From the NCBI GenBank assembly GCA_021413905.1, contig JAIOPO010000005.1:2027-66026 (forward strand): a stretch of DNA of 64,000 nucleotides. Direction: 5' to 3'. The position numbers and the translations under genes were made by a program. Source of the stretch: Candidatus Nomurabacteria bacterium (lineage in GTDB: Bacteria > Patescibacteriota > Minisyncoccia > Phycocordibacterales > UBA9973). Under the pieces are notes generated by a model. It was not told where the DNA came from and did not search any database. It saw nothing but the letters and a program-made list of their open reading frames with translations. The first letter of the stretch is position 1; each line of letters begins with the position of its first letter. This document shows, piece by piece, positions 19,597 through 33,003 of this stretch.

Positions 19597-21609
19597 ATGA
19601 AGACAGAAAACAAGCATTTGGAAGGAATTATATCAATAACATCAAAGGGCACAGGTTATGTGGCTATAAATGATGGTAAAAATCCTAGTCCAAAGAAAAA
19701 TGGTGAAGATCCGGAAATAGATTATAAACATCTTAATACTGCCCTGCACGGAGATACCGTGCAAATAATTCTCCACCCAAAAGGAAAAACAAGACAAACA
19801 GCCGAAGTTTCAAAAATAATCTCACGAGCCAAAAAAGGTTTTTCTGGCATTTTGGAAATGTCCGAGAATATGTATTTTTTAAAACCTGACGATGCAAAAA
19901 TGTATACAGATATTTTGATATCGGACAAAAATTTAAATGGAGCAAAAAATGGTGATAAGGTTTATGGAGAAATAATTTCATGGAAAGATTCTCGCAAAGC
20001 ACCCGAAGGAAATATAATAAAAGTTTTTGGACGCCCTGGAGACAATGATGTAGAAATGCATGCAATAGCACTGGAAAAAGGGTTCTCTGCCGAATTACCC
20101 GACAAGGTGGAACAAGAAGCAGATAATATAAAAAATTCTGGAATAAATGAAAAAGATTATGCAGACAGACGAGATTTTAGAAAAATTCTAACTTTCACTA
20201 TTGATCCTTCAGATGCAAAAGATTTTGATGATGCGATTTCGTTTCGTATTCTTCCCCCTCTCCTTAATAAGGAGAGGGGGCTAGGGGGTGAGGTGTATGA
20301 AATAGGTATACATATCGCTGATGTATCACACTATGTAAAAATCGGTTCTGCTCTAGATGAAGAAGCTAGAGAAAGAGGTACTTCGGTTTATTTAGTAGAT
20401 CGTACAATACCGATGTTGCCAGAAAATCTTTCAAATGATTTGTGTTCCCTTGTGCCAAATAAAGATCGTCTCACAATGAGTGCAGTATTCACAATTGATA
20501 AAAATGCAAAAGTCATAAATGAATGGTATGGGCGCACTGTGATACATTCTCAAAAAAGATTTACTTATGAAGAAGCAGAAATTTCTATAAATAAAGCAGA
20601 CGCGCCACTACACAAAGAACTTTTAATTTTGAATAATTTAGCAAAACAATTAACCAAAGAAAGATTTGCAAATGGCGCGATATCACTCGACCAAGAAGAA
20701 GTAAAATTCGTCTTGGATGAAAAAGGTGTGCCGATAAAAGTCATAAAAAAAGAACGCGGAGATTCAAACAGACTTATCGAAGAATTTATGCTTTTAGCAA
20801 ATAGAAAAGTAGCAGAAATAATGTCTCAACATGTAAATAAAAAAGGTGAAAAAATAAAAAACAATGAAAATGTATTTGTCTACAGAATTCACGACAAACC
20901 GACACCAGAAAAAACAGAAGACTTGGCATTTTTCTTGCGTAGTTTAGGATATAAAATTTCTCTAAAAGGCGGAGTGATTCCCTCTTATGAAATAAATAAA
21001 ATAATAAAAAGTTTGGAAAATAAAGCCGGCAAAGATGCAGTCCACAGAGCCATAATCCGCTCTATGGCAAAAGCAGTTTATTCAACTCAAAACATAGGAC
21101 ACTATGGTCTAGCATTTAAATATTACACTCATTTCACTTCCCCTATCAGACGTTATCCGGATATATTGGTACATCGCATGTTAATGGACTTTTTAAATAA
21201 TAAAAAAATTGGAAAAGATAAATTAAAAGAATTTGAAAATATTTCTCGCAAATCTTCTGAACAAGAAAAACGCGCTTCTGATGCAGAACGCGCTTCTATC
21301 AAATACAAACAAGTAGAATATATGTCTTCAAGAATCGGACAAACTTTTGAAGGTATTATCAGCGGTATTACCGAATGGGGCATGTATGTCGAAGAAATCG
21401 AAACAAAATGCGAAGGTATGATACGCGTCCGAGATCTGACAGATGATTTTTATATTTATAATGAAAAAAAATTAGAACTCTTGGGGCAAAAAAAGAAGAA
21501 AAGTTACAAGCTCGGTGATAAAGTAAAAATAAAAGTAAAAAATGTTGATTTAGAGAAAAAAACAATTGACTATATATTAAATGAACCTAAAACTTCATCC
21601 AAAAATTAA
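19597..21609 (+). CDS. rnr: Ribonuclease R / RNase II-family 3-prime to 5-prime exoribonuclease
   Basis: The RNB catalytic motifs are present (DPSDAKDFDDAIS, GIHIADVSHYV), together with N-terminal cold-shock-like domains and a C-terminal S1 domain with a K-rich tail. Confidence 0.85.
   Translation: MKTENKHLEGIISITSKGTGYVAINDGKNPSPKKNGEDPEIDYKHLNTALHGDTVQIILHPKGKTRQTAEVSKIISRAKKGFSGILEMSENMYFLKPDDAKMYTDILISDKNLNGAKNGDKVYGEIISWKDSRKAPEGNIIKVFGRPGDNDVEMHAIALEKGFSAELPDKVEQEADNIKNSGINEKDYADRRDFRKILTFTIDPSDAKDFDDAISFRILPPLLNKERGLGGEVYEIGIHIADVSHYVKIGSALDEEARERGTSVYLVDRTIPMLPENLSNDLCSLVPNKDRLTMSAVFTIDKNAKVINEWYGRTVIHSQKRFTYEEAEISINKADAPLHKELLILNNLAKQLTKERFANGAISLDQEEVKFVLDEKGVPIKVIKKERGDSNRLIEEFMLLANRKVAEIMSQHVNKKGEKIKNNENVFVYRIHDKPTPEKTEDLAFFLRSLGYKISLKGGVIPSYEINKIIKSLENKAGKDAVHRAIIRSMAKAVYSTQNIGHYGLAFKYYTHFTSPIRRYPDILVHRMLMDFLNNKKIGKDKLKEFENISRKSSEQEKRASDAERASIKYKQVEYMSSRIGQTFEGIISGITEWGMYVEEIETKCEGMIRVRDLTDDFYIYNEKKLELLGQKKKKSYKLGDKVKIKVKNVDLEKKTIDYILNEPKTSSKN
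20254..20280. repeat. 27-bp perfect GC-rich palindrome in-frame inside rnr
   Basis: CCCCCTCTCCTTA-A-TAAGGAGAGGGGG has 13-bp arms and a 1-nt spacer, followed by CTAGGGGGTGAGG. It encodes PPLLNKERGLGG, which lies between the two conserved RNB motifs, a segment that is usually shorter. Confidence 0.8.
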
Positions 21610-23461
21610 ATATTTGCTCTGGCTTTGCATTGCATTTAGCGTGGGTATTTCATCTGCTTTTTTTATCACAAAAGCGATAGGATATTATAAAATAGATAGC
21701 AAGACAGCATATCAAAATGTAGAAAATACAAACACTATAACAGAGGACAATACACCAAAGAATTTTTATTTTATAAAAGATCCAAATCAAAAACCAAAAA
21801 TCTCAGCAAATGCATATGTCGTCGGTGATTTGGATACAGGTGAAATAATTTTAGAAAAAAATGAAAATGACATCTTTCCTATTGCTTCCGTTTCCAAACT
21901 CATGACGAGTTTGATAGGCACCGAATTATCAAAAGATGAAGATATTGCACAAGTCACCAAAAATGCGCTCGCGACTTATGGCAAAAATGGTGAATTGCAT
22001 TTAGGAGAAAAAATAAAAGTAAATGAACTTTTTTATCCACTATTAATGGAATCTTCAAATGATGCAGCTGAAGTTATAGCCGAATATTTCAATCGTGATT
22101 CTTTTATTTCCAAAATGAATCTAGAAGCAAAAAAACTTGAAATGAATGCTACTTCTTTCGAAGACCCTAGCGGTCTATCACCAAACAATAAATCAACAGC
22201 ATTGGATTTGTTTAAACTTTCAGGATATTTAGTAAAAAATAAAGAAAATATTTTGGAAATAACCAAAAAGAAAAGTTACTTGAATGCGAAACACAATTGG
22301 TTCAGCACAAATCAATTCTTGCGAGAAGAAGGATATCTCGGAGGTAAAAGCGGATATACAGACTTGGCAAAACAAACAGGCATTTCCCTCTTCTCAATCC
22401 CTTTAGGAGAATCTGGAACCAGACATATTGCAATAACACTTCTGCAAACTCCAGACCGTTACAAAGATGCAAAAAGTCTTTTAACTTATTTGCGTAAAAA
22501 TGTTTATTATGGAGGTGAAGATGATGCAAATACTGCCTGGGTGAAAGAAAAAGAAGGACTGCCAGACATTGAAGAAAAAGATTTTGTCACACTTGCATTT
22601 GTCGGAGACATAATGCTCGACCGTGGAGTTAGAAGCTCTGTAAACAAAAATTTCAACGGAGATTATTCTGCTCTTTTTGACAATTTAGATATTTTGAAAA
22701 ATTATGATATTTCTTTTGCAAATCTTGAAGGCCCAGCATCAGACCAAGGAAAAGATATGCATAATCTATATTCCTTTGAAATGGATCCTTCTGCTATACC
22801 AGCTATTAAAGGTGCCGGTTTTGATATTTTGTCAGTCGCCAATAATCACGTCGGTGACTATGGACGAGATGCATACATTGATACTCTTGCAAGATTAAAA
22901 GAAAATGAAATTCTTTATGCGGGAGGAGGTAACAATTCCACAGAAGCCGAACAACCGACAATAATAGAAAAATACGGAATGAAAATCGGCTATTTAGCAT
23001 TTTCTGACAAAGGCCCGGACTGGATGCAAGCCACATCTGAAAAAGCCGGACTCCTTTTGGCTAACAATCCGCGTTTTGATGAGATAATTTCAAATGCTTC
23101 TAAACAAGTAGACTATCTCATAGTATCATTTCACTTCGGCGAAGAATACCAAACAAAGCATAACGATAGACAAGCGTATCTCGCACACAAAGCCATAGAT
23201 GCCGGCGCGAAAATAATCATCGGCGCACATCCGCACGTAGTGGAAGATACCGAAGTTTACAAAAAAGGATTCATCGCTTATTCCCTGGGCAACTTTATTT
23301 TTGACCAAAAGTTTTCAGAAAACACAATGCAAGGAATGTTGCTAGAACTCAAACTAAACCGTGACGGATCAATATCTGCAAAGAAAAATATAATAAAATT
23401 AGATTCTGTCTTTCAACCCCAAAAACCTATTTTAGGTAAAGAAGAAAAAGTGAAGTTTTAG
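21581..23461 (+). CDS. Fusion protein of an N-terminal D-alanyl-D-alanine carboxypeptidase (S11, PBP5-like) and a C-terminal CapA/PgsA-like metallophosphatase domain
   Basis: The N-terminal half carries SxxK (SVSKLM), SxN (ESSNDAAE) and KTG-like (GKSGYT) motifs after a signal/TM anchor. The C-terminal half carries CapA-type blocks (AFVGDIMLDRG, ANLEGP, SVANNHVGDYG, GAHPHVV). The start overlaps the rnr 3-prime end by 29 nt. Confidence 0.7.
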   Translation: MNLKLHPKIKYLLWLCIAFSVGISSAFFITKAIGYYKIDSKTAYQNVENTNTITEDNTPKNFYFIKDPNQKPKISANAYVVGDLDTGEIILEKNENDIFPIASVSKLMTSLIGTELSKDEDIAQVTKNALATYGKNGELHLGEKIKVNELFYPLLMESSNDAAEVIAEYFNRDSFISKMNLEAKKLEMNATSFEDPSGLSPNNKSTALDLFKLSGYLVKNKENILEITKKKSYLNAKHNWFSTNQFLREEGYLGGKSGYTDLAKQTGISLFSIPLGESGTRHIAITLLQTPDRYKDAKSLLTYLRKNVYYGGEDDANTAWVKEKEGLPDIEEKDFVTLAFVGDIMLDRGVRSSVNKNFNGDYSALFDNLDILKNYDISFANLEGPASDQGKDMHNLYSFEMDPSAIPAIKGAGFDILSVANNHVGDYGRDAYIDTLARLKENEILYAGGGNNSTEAEQPTIIEKYGMKIGYLAFSDKGPDWMQATSEKAGLLLANNPRFDEIISNASKQVDYLIVSFHFGEEYQTKHNDRQAYLAHKAIDAGAKIIIGAHPHVVEDTEVYKKGFIAYSLGNFIFDQKFSENTMQGMLLELKLNRDGSISAKKNIIKLDSVFQPQKPILGKEEKVKF

Positions 23462-23464
23462 AAA

Positions 23465-25777
23465 CTATTTCGCAATAGCGGCGGCTTCGTCGAATTTGAT
23501 AGATAAGAGTTTTGAACCACCGTCGGCGCCGATGGTGACACCGTAGAGGACGCCAGCGCGAGACATTGTCTCGCGATTGTGAGTGACGACGATGAGCTGT
23601 GAATGCTTTGAAAGCTTTTCCACCATATCACCATATCTGCGAGAATTCGCTTCATCTAGGGCTGCGTCTGTCTCATCTAGCACCAAGAATGGCGGAGGAT
23701 TAACTTGAGACATAGCAAAAAGAAGTGCGATAGATGTGAGTGAGCGCTCTCCTCCAGAAAGAGCGTGTAGTTCTTTTACTTTTTTATGGGGAAGCGAAAC
23801 ATTTATCTCAATACCATGCTCAAAAACGATATCCTCTCCATCTGACTCACCATCATCTTTTTTCTTTTTTTGTTCAGCCACGACAGACAAAAAAGCAGAA
23901 CCTCCACCAAACATAATTGAGAAAAATTCTTGAAATTCTGTATTGATTTTTTTCACACCTTCCTTGAATTCAAAATCTATTTTTTCTTTCAAATCCGCCA
24001 TCAACACACGCAAAGATTCTATACTTTTTGCCAAATCTTCTAATTCTTTTGCTAAAAAATTATCACGCTCACTGACTTCTTCATACTCTTTCATAACTTC
24101 CGCCCCGCCGATAAGCCCTGCGTCTTCGAGTTTTATTTTCAAGCGTTCTATTTTTCTTTTTTGTTCTTCTTGAATATATCTATCTATAGAACCTTGTATT
24201 TCAAAATCTTTATATGAAAGAATTTCATACCCCACCAAGACAGAACCTTCTTTAATTTCATTTTCAAAGTTTTCTATTTCACGTGAAAGATTTTCTGCTT
24301 TTACATTTATTACATTTAATAATGAAGAGAGTTCACTATGTCTCATTTTTAAATTGAATTTTTCTCTTTCACTTTCTCTTTTACTTTCAATTTCTTTATT
24401 GATTTCATTTTTTAAAATTTCCAAATTGGAAAGAATTTTATTTTCTTCAGTCTGGAGATTTTGCATTTCTATCAGAATTTCTTGTTGATTTTGTTTTAAA
24501 TTTTGCAATTGCTCCTCAAAAGCCAAATCCCGAGAGATTTCTGAATGATCTGACTGAACCAAAAATGAGGACAAATTAGAACTCGAAGAAGGTTCTCGTG
24601 ATTCGGCAACCCTAGCAAATCTATCTAAAATATCTTTTATTTTTTGTAAAATCGGCGCGACATTTTCCAATATATCCATATGCATCGCTTCCTCCAAATA
24701 TTCATTGGCTTCACGTAAAAAATCAGCAAATTCTTCTTGCTCTATGGAGATTTTTTTAATATTTTCTATTTTATTTTCTTGTTTTATGGCAACAGGTTTT
24801 TGTGCGCGATGCTCTTCCATTTCTATCATTCCCTCAATACGTCCAAGTTTACGATCCATCTCGCCTCGAATTGCGCGTATTTCAGAAATTTTCTTTTCCA
24901 AATTTCGCACTTCTTCTGTTTTTTTATTTTCTTCTAAAGAATTATTTTCTTCAGTATTTGAAATTTTTTCTGAAATAATAGAAAGTTCTGCAGAAATTTT
25001 ATTTTTCTGATTATTTAAATTATTTTTTTCTTGATCCAAATACACACTTTCTTTTTTTAAATATTCTTTATATAAACCCAGCAATTCGACTTTCATATCT
25101 TTCGCTTTTTCAAATTTCTCAACTTGTTTTTTCAAGAAATTCAAATGAGGAGCATTTTCTCTACGCAGTAAAACAACTTCTTTCATATTTGTATTTGTCC
25201 TGTCGAGCTTTCTTTCAGATTCTTTTATTTTGTATTGATAGACTTTCAAACCCAAAGCATCTTCCACCATCTCACGTCTGTCACGTGGAGATGCATTCAA
25301 TATTCTATCAGCTTCACCCTGAGAGATAATATGATGTCCAGAAGAACCAATATTCACAGAAGCCAAAAGATTTTGTATATCTTTGAGACGAACTTCTGTG
25401 CCATTCAAAATATATTTATTTAATCCATCAATATGCACTTCACGAGAAATGGAAATAATATCATAATTTAAATTTATATTCTCACCGCTCTCATTTGATA
25501 ATTTAAAAACTTTATCAGCATTATTAAAATAAATAGTCACCGACGCACGCGTGCCTTTTGGCAAGTTTTTAGAGCCTTTAAATACAAGGTCAGAGCCCGC
25601 TTTTCCTCGCATTGATTTCATTGATTGCTCACCCAATACAAAACGAAATGCCTCCACTACGTTAGACTTACCAGAGCCATTAGGCCCAACAACAGAAACC
25701 ACTGGACTCAAAAATTCCAAAGATGTTTTTTTGGCAAAAGATTTAAAACCGTTTATTTCTATAGAATTTAAACGCAT
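23465..25777 (-). CDS. smc: SMC-family chromosome segregation ATPase, short form with no obvious hinge domain
   Basis: The SMC N-terminus is MRLNSIEINGFKSFAKK...VGPNGSGKSNVVEAFRFVLGEQ. A long coiled coil follows, and the C-terminus has LSGGERSLTSIALLFA...LVLDETDAALD. At 770 aa it is far shorter than the roughly 1180 aa of bacterial SMC. Confidence 0.7.
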   Translation of the reverse strand: MRLNSIEINGFKSFAKKTSLEFLSPVVSVVGPNGSGKSNVVEAFRFVLGEQSMKSMRGKAGSDLVFKGSKNLPKGTRASVTIYFNNADKVFKLSNESGENINLNYDIISISREVHIDGLNKYILNGTEVRLKDIQNLLASVNIGSSGHHIISQGEADRILNASPRDRREMVEDALGLKVYQYKIKESERKLDRTNTNMKEVVLLRRENAPHLNFLKKQVEKFEKAKDMKVELLGLYKEYLKKESVYLDQEKNNLNNQKNKISAELSIISEKISNTEENNSLEENKKTEEVRNLEKKISEIRAIRGEMDRKLGRIEGMIEMEEHRAQKPVAIKQENKIENIKKISIEQEEFADFLREANEYLEEAMHMDILENVAPILQKIKDILDRFARVAESREPSSSSNLSSFLVQSDHSEISRDLAFEEQLQNLKQNQQEILIEMQNLQTEENKILSNLEILKNEINKEIESKRESEREKFNLKMRHSELSSLLNVINVKAENLSREIENFENEIKEGSVLVGYEILSYKDFEIQGSIDRYIQEEQKRKIERLKIKLEDAGLIGGAEVMKEYEEVSERDNFLAKELEDLAKSIESLRVLMADLKEKIDFEFKEGVKKINTEFQEFFSIMFGGGSAFLSVVAEQKKKKDDGESDGEDIVFEHGIEINVSLPHKKVKELHALSGGERSLTSIALLFAMSQVNPPPFLVLDETDAALDEANSRRYGDMVEKLSKHSQLIVVTHNRETMSRAGVLYGVTIGADGGSKLLSIKFDEAAAIAK

Positions 25778-25778
25778 A

Positions 25779-26474
25779 CTAATCTAACCAATGTTTTAAT
25801 TTTAATGCATTTTCTGCGGCTTTTTGTTCAGCCTCTTGTTTTGATTTTCCTTTTCCTTCAGCTATGAGTTCAGAACCAAAATAAATACCAACAGTAAAAT
25901 GTTTATCATGATCTGGACCTGTTTCATTTAATACTTTATATGCCGGAGTAAAACCGACAAATTCTTGAGATTTCTCTTGTACTAAACTTTTTGCATCACG
26001 CCATAATTTTTTAGAAACAATCTCATCGATATTTGGCAATAAAGTTTCTCGCACAAATTTTTCTGCAACATCATAACCTTGATCCATATAGACCGCTCCG
26101 ATATAAGCTTCATAAGTATTTGCCAAAATATATTGACGAGCTTTACCAGTGTCTTTCATTTCGCCTTTTGATAAAAGTAAGAAATCATTCATGTCTGTCT
26201 TCGAAGCAATTTCAGAAATAATAATTGCATTTACGAGTGCAGAACGAAGAGCCGTCAATTCACCTTCGGCATAATTTGGATATTTTTTATATAAAAAATC
26301 TGTAACTATTAACTCTAAAACGGCATCACCCAAAAATTCCAAACGCTCATTGTGCGCCAAACCGACATTCGGATTTTCATTTATATAAGAACGATGAATA
26401 AAAGATTGTTTCAATAAATCTTTATTTTTAAAAACTATATTTGTCTTTTTTTCGAACTCAGAAAAATTTATCAT
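25779..26474 (-). CDS. rnc: Ribonuclease III
   Basis: The RNase III signature is ERLEFLGDAVLELIV, with a C-terminal dsRBD. Confidence 0.9.
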   Translation of the reverse strand: MINFSEFEKKTNIVFKNKDLLKQSFIHRSYINENPNVGLAHNERLEFLGDAVLELIVTDFLYKKYPNYAEGELTALRSALVNAIIISEIASKTDMNDFLLLSKGEMKDTGKARQYILANTYEAYIGAVYMDQGYDVAEKFVRETLLPNIDEIVSKKLWRDAKSLVQEKSQEFVGFTPAYKVLNETGPDHDKHFTVGIYFGSELIAEGKGKSKQEAEQKAAENALKLKHWLD

Positions 26475-26490
26475 AAATTTTTTCCCGGTG

Positions 26491-27429
26491 TTATTTTTTA
26501 CTAATAATCTCTATCGCTTTTGATATCAAAGGAATAATATCATTATAAATGCGAAGCTCTGGAATCTCGGAAAGTTGAAACCATTTTGCGCCGTCGAGTC
26601 CTCCTGATTCTTCGAGCACTAATTCTCTATACTCACTTTCTGCTAAGAAGTATGTAACCTTTTTCAAAATTTTACCTTGCTCTGGATGTTTCGCCACATA
26701 TTGATTTTCTCCGAGTTTCTCTTGAATATTAACATCCAAACCTATTTCTTCTTTTATTTCTCTTTTTGTAGCATCTTCTTCATTTTCGCCTTCCTCTATG
26801 CCACCTTTGGCAATAGTCCAATAACCAAAAACATCATGAACCATTGCAAAATAAATATTATTGTCTTTTTTAGCATACACCAATGCTCCACCTTTTTTTT
26901 CTACTGGAAGTTTGGAGATATCTACAGGTTCTTCTATTTTTTTCTTTTTGCTAATCTCATCTTTGCCTGGCTCACCCATTTCTTTGTAAACTGCCCCTAA
27001 AACACCATTGATAAATTTGCTGGAATTTTCCCCACCGAAAGTTTTTGCCAATTCGATAGCTTCATTGATAGCTACTTTTGGAGGGACTTGATTTCTGTCA
27101 CCAAACAAAAGCTCGGTCAAACCTATACGTAAAATATTTCTATCTACAACAGAAATTTTATCAATAGGCCAATCAGGCGCAGCTTTTTCTATTATCTCAT
27201 CGATAACTTCTCTTTTTTTTAGAACTTGTTCCAATAAAAAAGCTACAAAAACATCATCTTCTAAACCAGGAGCGAATTCTTTCAAATTACGAGCCATAGC
27301 TTCTTTTACATTAACATCTTTTCCATTTAGGAAATCCCACTCGAAAAGTGTTTGTAAAACTATTGATCTAGAAAGGTGCCTGTTTGCCATAATTAATGAA
27401 CTAAATGAATATAATTTAACAATATTCAA
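26491..27429 (-). CDS. nusB: NusB-like antitermination domain fused to a C-terminal Nudix hydrolase domain
   Basis: The N-terminal roughly 150 aa carry NusB motifs (LQTLFEWDF, DRNILRIGLTELLF, VAINEAIELAKTFGGENSSKFINGVLG). The C-terminal roughly 150 aa carry a complete Nudix box, GGIEEGENEEDATKREIKEEIGL. Confidence 0.75.
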   Translation of the reverse strand: MNIVKLYSFSSLIMANRHLSRSIVLQTLFEWDFLNGKDVNVKEAMARNLKEFAPGLEDDVFVAFLLEQVLKKREVIDEIIEKAAPDWPIDKISVVDRNILRIGLTELLFGDRNQVPPKVAINEAIELAKTFGGENSSKFINGVLGAVYKEMGEPGKDEISKKKKIEEPVDISKLPVEKKGGALVYAKKDNNIYFAMVHDVFGYWTIAKGGIEEGENEEDATKREIKEEIGLDVNIQEKLGENQYVAKHPEQGKILKKVTYFLAESEYRELVLEESGGLDGAKWFQLSEIPELRIYNDIIPLISKAIEIISKK

Positions 27430-27477
27430 TATGTTAAAAACATAAAGAATTGCAATTAATTTTTAAAATGCTTTTGA

Positions 27478-27696
27478 TTAAGCTTTTTTAGCTTTTGCTT
27501 TCTTGATTTTCTTTTCAGCTTTTTTAACCAAATCCAATACTTTCATACCACGATAAAAACCACAAGCTTTACAAACTGTGTGTTTTTTCTTTAGTTCACT
27601 GCAATTTGCGCATTTCGCAAAACTCGTGCTTTTTAAAGCATGATGTGAACGTCGGTTCGCTGTATGGGATTTTGTATGTCTCATTCGTACTACCAT
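27478..27696 (-). CDS. rpmF: 50S ribosomal protein L32 with a lysine-rich C-terminal tail (the ORF extends to 27738; the likely start is MVVRMRHTK at 27696)
   Basis: MVVRMRHTKSHTANRRSHHAL...C..C...HTVCKACGFY is the L32 zinc-ribbon pattern. The tail is KKAEKKIKKAKAKKA. Confidence 0.75.
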   Translation of the reverse strand: MVVRMRHTKSHTANRRSHHALKSTSFAKCANCSELKKKHTVCKACGFYRGMKVLDLVKKAEKKIKKAKAKKA

Positions 27697-27772
27697 AAAA
27701 CCATTATAGCATATTGATTTTGAAATGCAATAAATCATTTTATAATTTCAAAAAATGTGATATTATGGAAAT

Positions 27773-29017
27773 ATGGAAGAAAATAAAGATAAAGATCATA
27801 AAAAAATAGGCCGAGAAATGGAACTTTTCACTTTTAGTGATTCTGTAGGTAAAGGTTTACCTATTTGGTTACCAAAAGGCGCTACCGTGCGCAGAGAACT
27901 TGAACGTTTTATAGTGGACGAAGAAATTCGCCGTGGATATCTACACGTACGTACTCCTGATATTGCCAAGCTTGATTTATATAAAAAATCCGGACATTAT
28001 CCACATTACCAAGATTCCATGTATGCTCCTATTGTTATCGATGACGAAGAATTTATGCTTCGCCCAATGACTTGTCCACATCATTTTGAATTGTATTTAC
28101 ACAAACCTCATAGCTATCGCGAGCTACCTATGCGCATAGCCGAACTCGCACAACTCTACAGATATGAACAGTCCGGAGAACTTATGGGCCTACAAAGAGT
28201 TCGTACTTTTTGTTTAGCAGATGCACATATAATATGTAAAGATGAAACACAAGCTATAGAAGAAATCGGCAATGCTTTAGACCTGATTGAATACGTCACT
28301 TCAGTTTTTAATTTAAAACTTGATGTTGATTACAGATATCGTCTATCATTAGGAGACAGAGATAATCACGAAAAATATTATAAAAATGATGAAGCTTGGG
28401 AAAAAGGCGAAGACTTGATGCGCAAACTTATGCAAAAAAGAGGTTCTAAATTTGAAGAAGCCAAAGATGAAGCCGCTTTTTACGGACCAAAAATAGATAT
28501 TCAAATGAAAAATGTAAACGGTAAAGAAGATACTGCATTCACAGTACAATATGATTTTTGTATGCCAAAAAGATTTGAATTAAAATATATGGGCGAAGAC
28601 GGTAATGAACATCAAGCTTTTGTTGTTCACCGTTCATCTATAGGCGCAATTGAAAGAATAATGGCATTCCTAATAGAAAAATACGCCGGTGCATTCCCTC
28701 TTTGGCTTTCCCCTACTCAAGTCGCAATTGTTCCTGTGCGAGAAAACCACGAAGAAGAAGCAGAAAAGATAAATCAATTGTTAAAAAATAATTCAATCAG
28801 AGTGCAAATTTTACACTCAGGAGATTCTATTGGCAAAAGAATCAATCACGCAAAAGCTGAAAAAATACCTTATGTAATAGTTCTAGGAGACAAAGAAATG
28901 TCTGCAAACACTCTCACAGTGGAAAAACGCGACGGAACAAAAATAGAAAATATTTCACCTGTTGATTTTCTAAAAGAATTGCAAGAGAAAATAAATTCTA
29001 AATCTTTGGAGTTATAA
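27773..29017 (+). CDS. thrS: Threonyl-tRNA synthetase, catalytic core plus anticodon-binding domain only (no TGS or editing domains)
   Basis: DHKKIGREMELFTF...GLPIWLPKGA and class II motifs are present. The 414-aa length is well below the roughly 640 aa of canonical ThrRS, and only 34 bp of upstream intergenic sequence is available. Confidence 0.85.
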   Translation: MEENKDKDHKKIGREMELFTFSDSVGKGLPIWLPKGATVRRELERFIVDEEIRRGYLHVRTPDIAKLDLYKKSGHYPHYQDSMYAPIVIDDEEFMLRPMTCPHHFELYLHKPHSYRELPMRIAELAQLYRYEQSGELMGLQRVRTFCLADAHIICKDETQAIEEIGNALDLIEYVTSVFNLKLDVDYRYRLSLGDRDNHEKYYKNDEAWEKGEDLMRKLMQKRGSKFEEAKDEAAFYGPKIDIQMKNVNGKEDTAFTVQYDFCMPKRFELKYMGEDGNEHQAFVVHRSSIGAIERIMAFLIEKYAGAFPLWLSPTQVAIVPVRENHEEEAEKINQLLKNNSIRVQILHSGDSIGKRINHAKAEKIPYVIVLGDKEMSANTLTVEKRDGTKIENISPVDFLKELQEKINSKSLEL

Positions 29018-29026
29018 TATTTAAAT

Positions 29027-29053
29027 AAAAAATCCCCGTATGGGGATTTTTTA
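29027..29053. terminator. Bidirectional rho-independent terminator between convergent thrS and gyrB
   Basis: A 10-bp stem AAAAATCCCC/GGGGATTTTT with loop GTAT is flanked by A and T runs. Confidence 0.65.
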
Positions 29054-29054
29054 T

Positions 29055-32995
<3,941 letters not shown>

Positions 32996-33003
32996 AAATT
33001 TAT

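Noticed and set aside
23567-23585. 9-bp inverted repeat CGCGAGACA-T-TGTCTCGCG inside smc
   Set aside because: Inverted repeats of this length are expected by chance a couple of times in 64 kb, and there are no flanking features.
23465-23760. Markedly GC-richer 3-prime end of smc (and, similarly, the 5-prime end of gyrB at 30660-31130), first suspected as horizontally acquired patches
   Set aside because: The segments encode Gly/Ala/Arg-rich conserved ATPase motifs (GGN/GCN/CGN codons). Composition is explained by amino-acid content. No boundaries, repeats or integrase.
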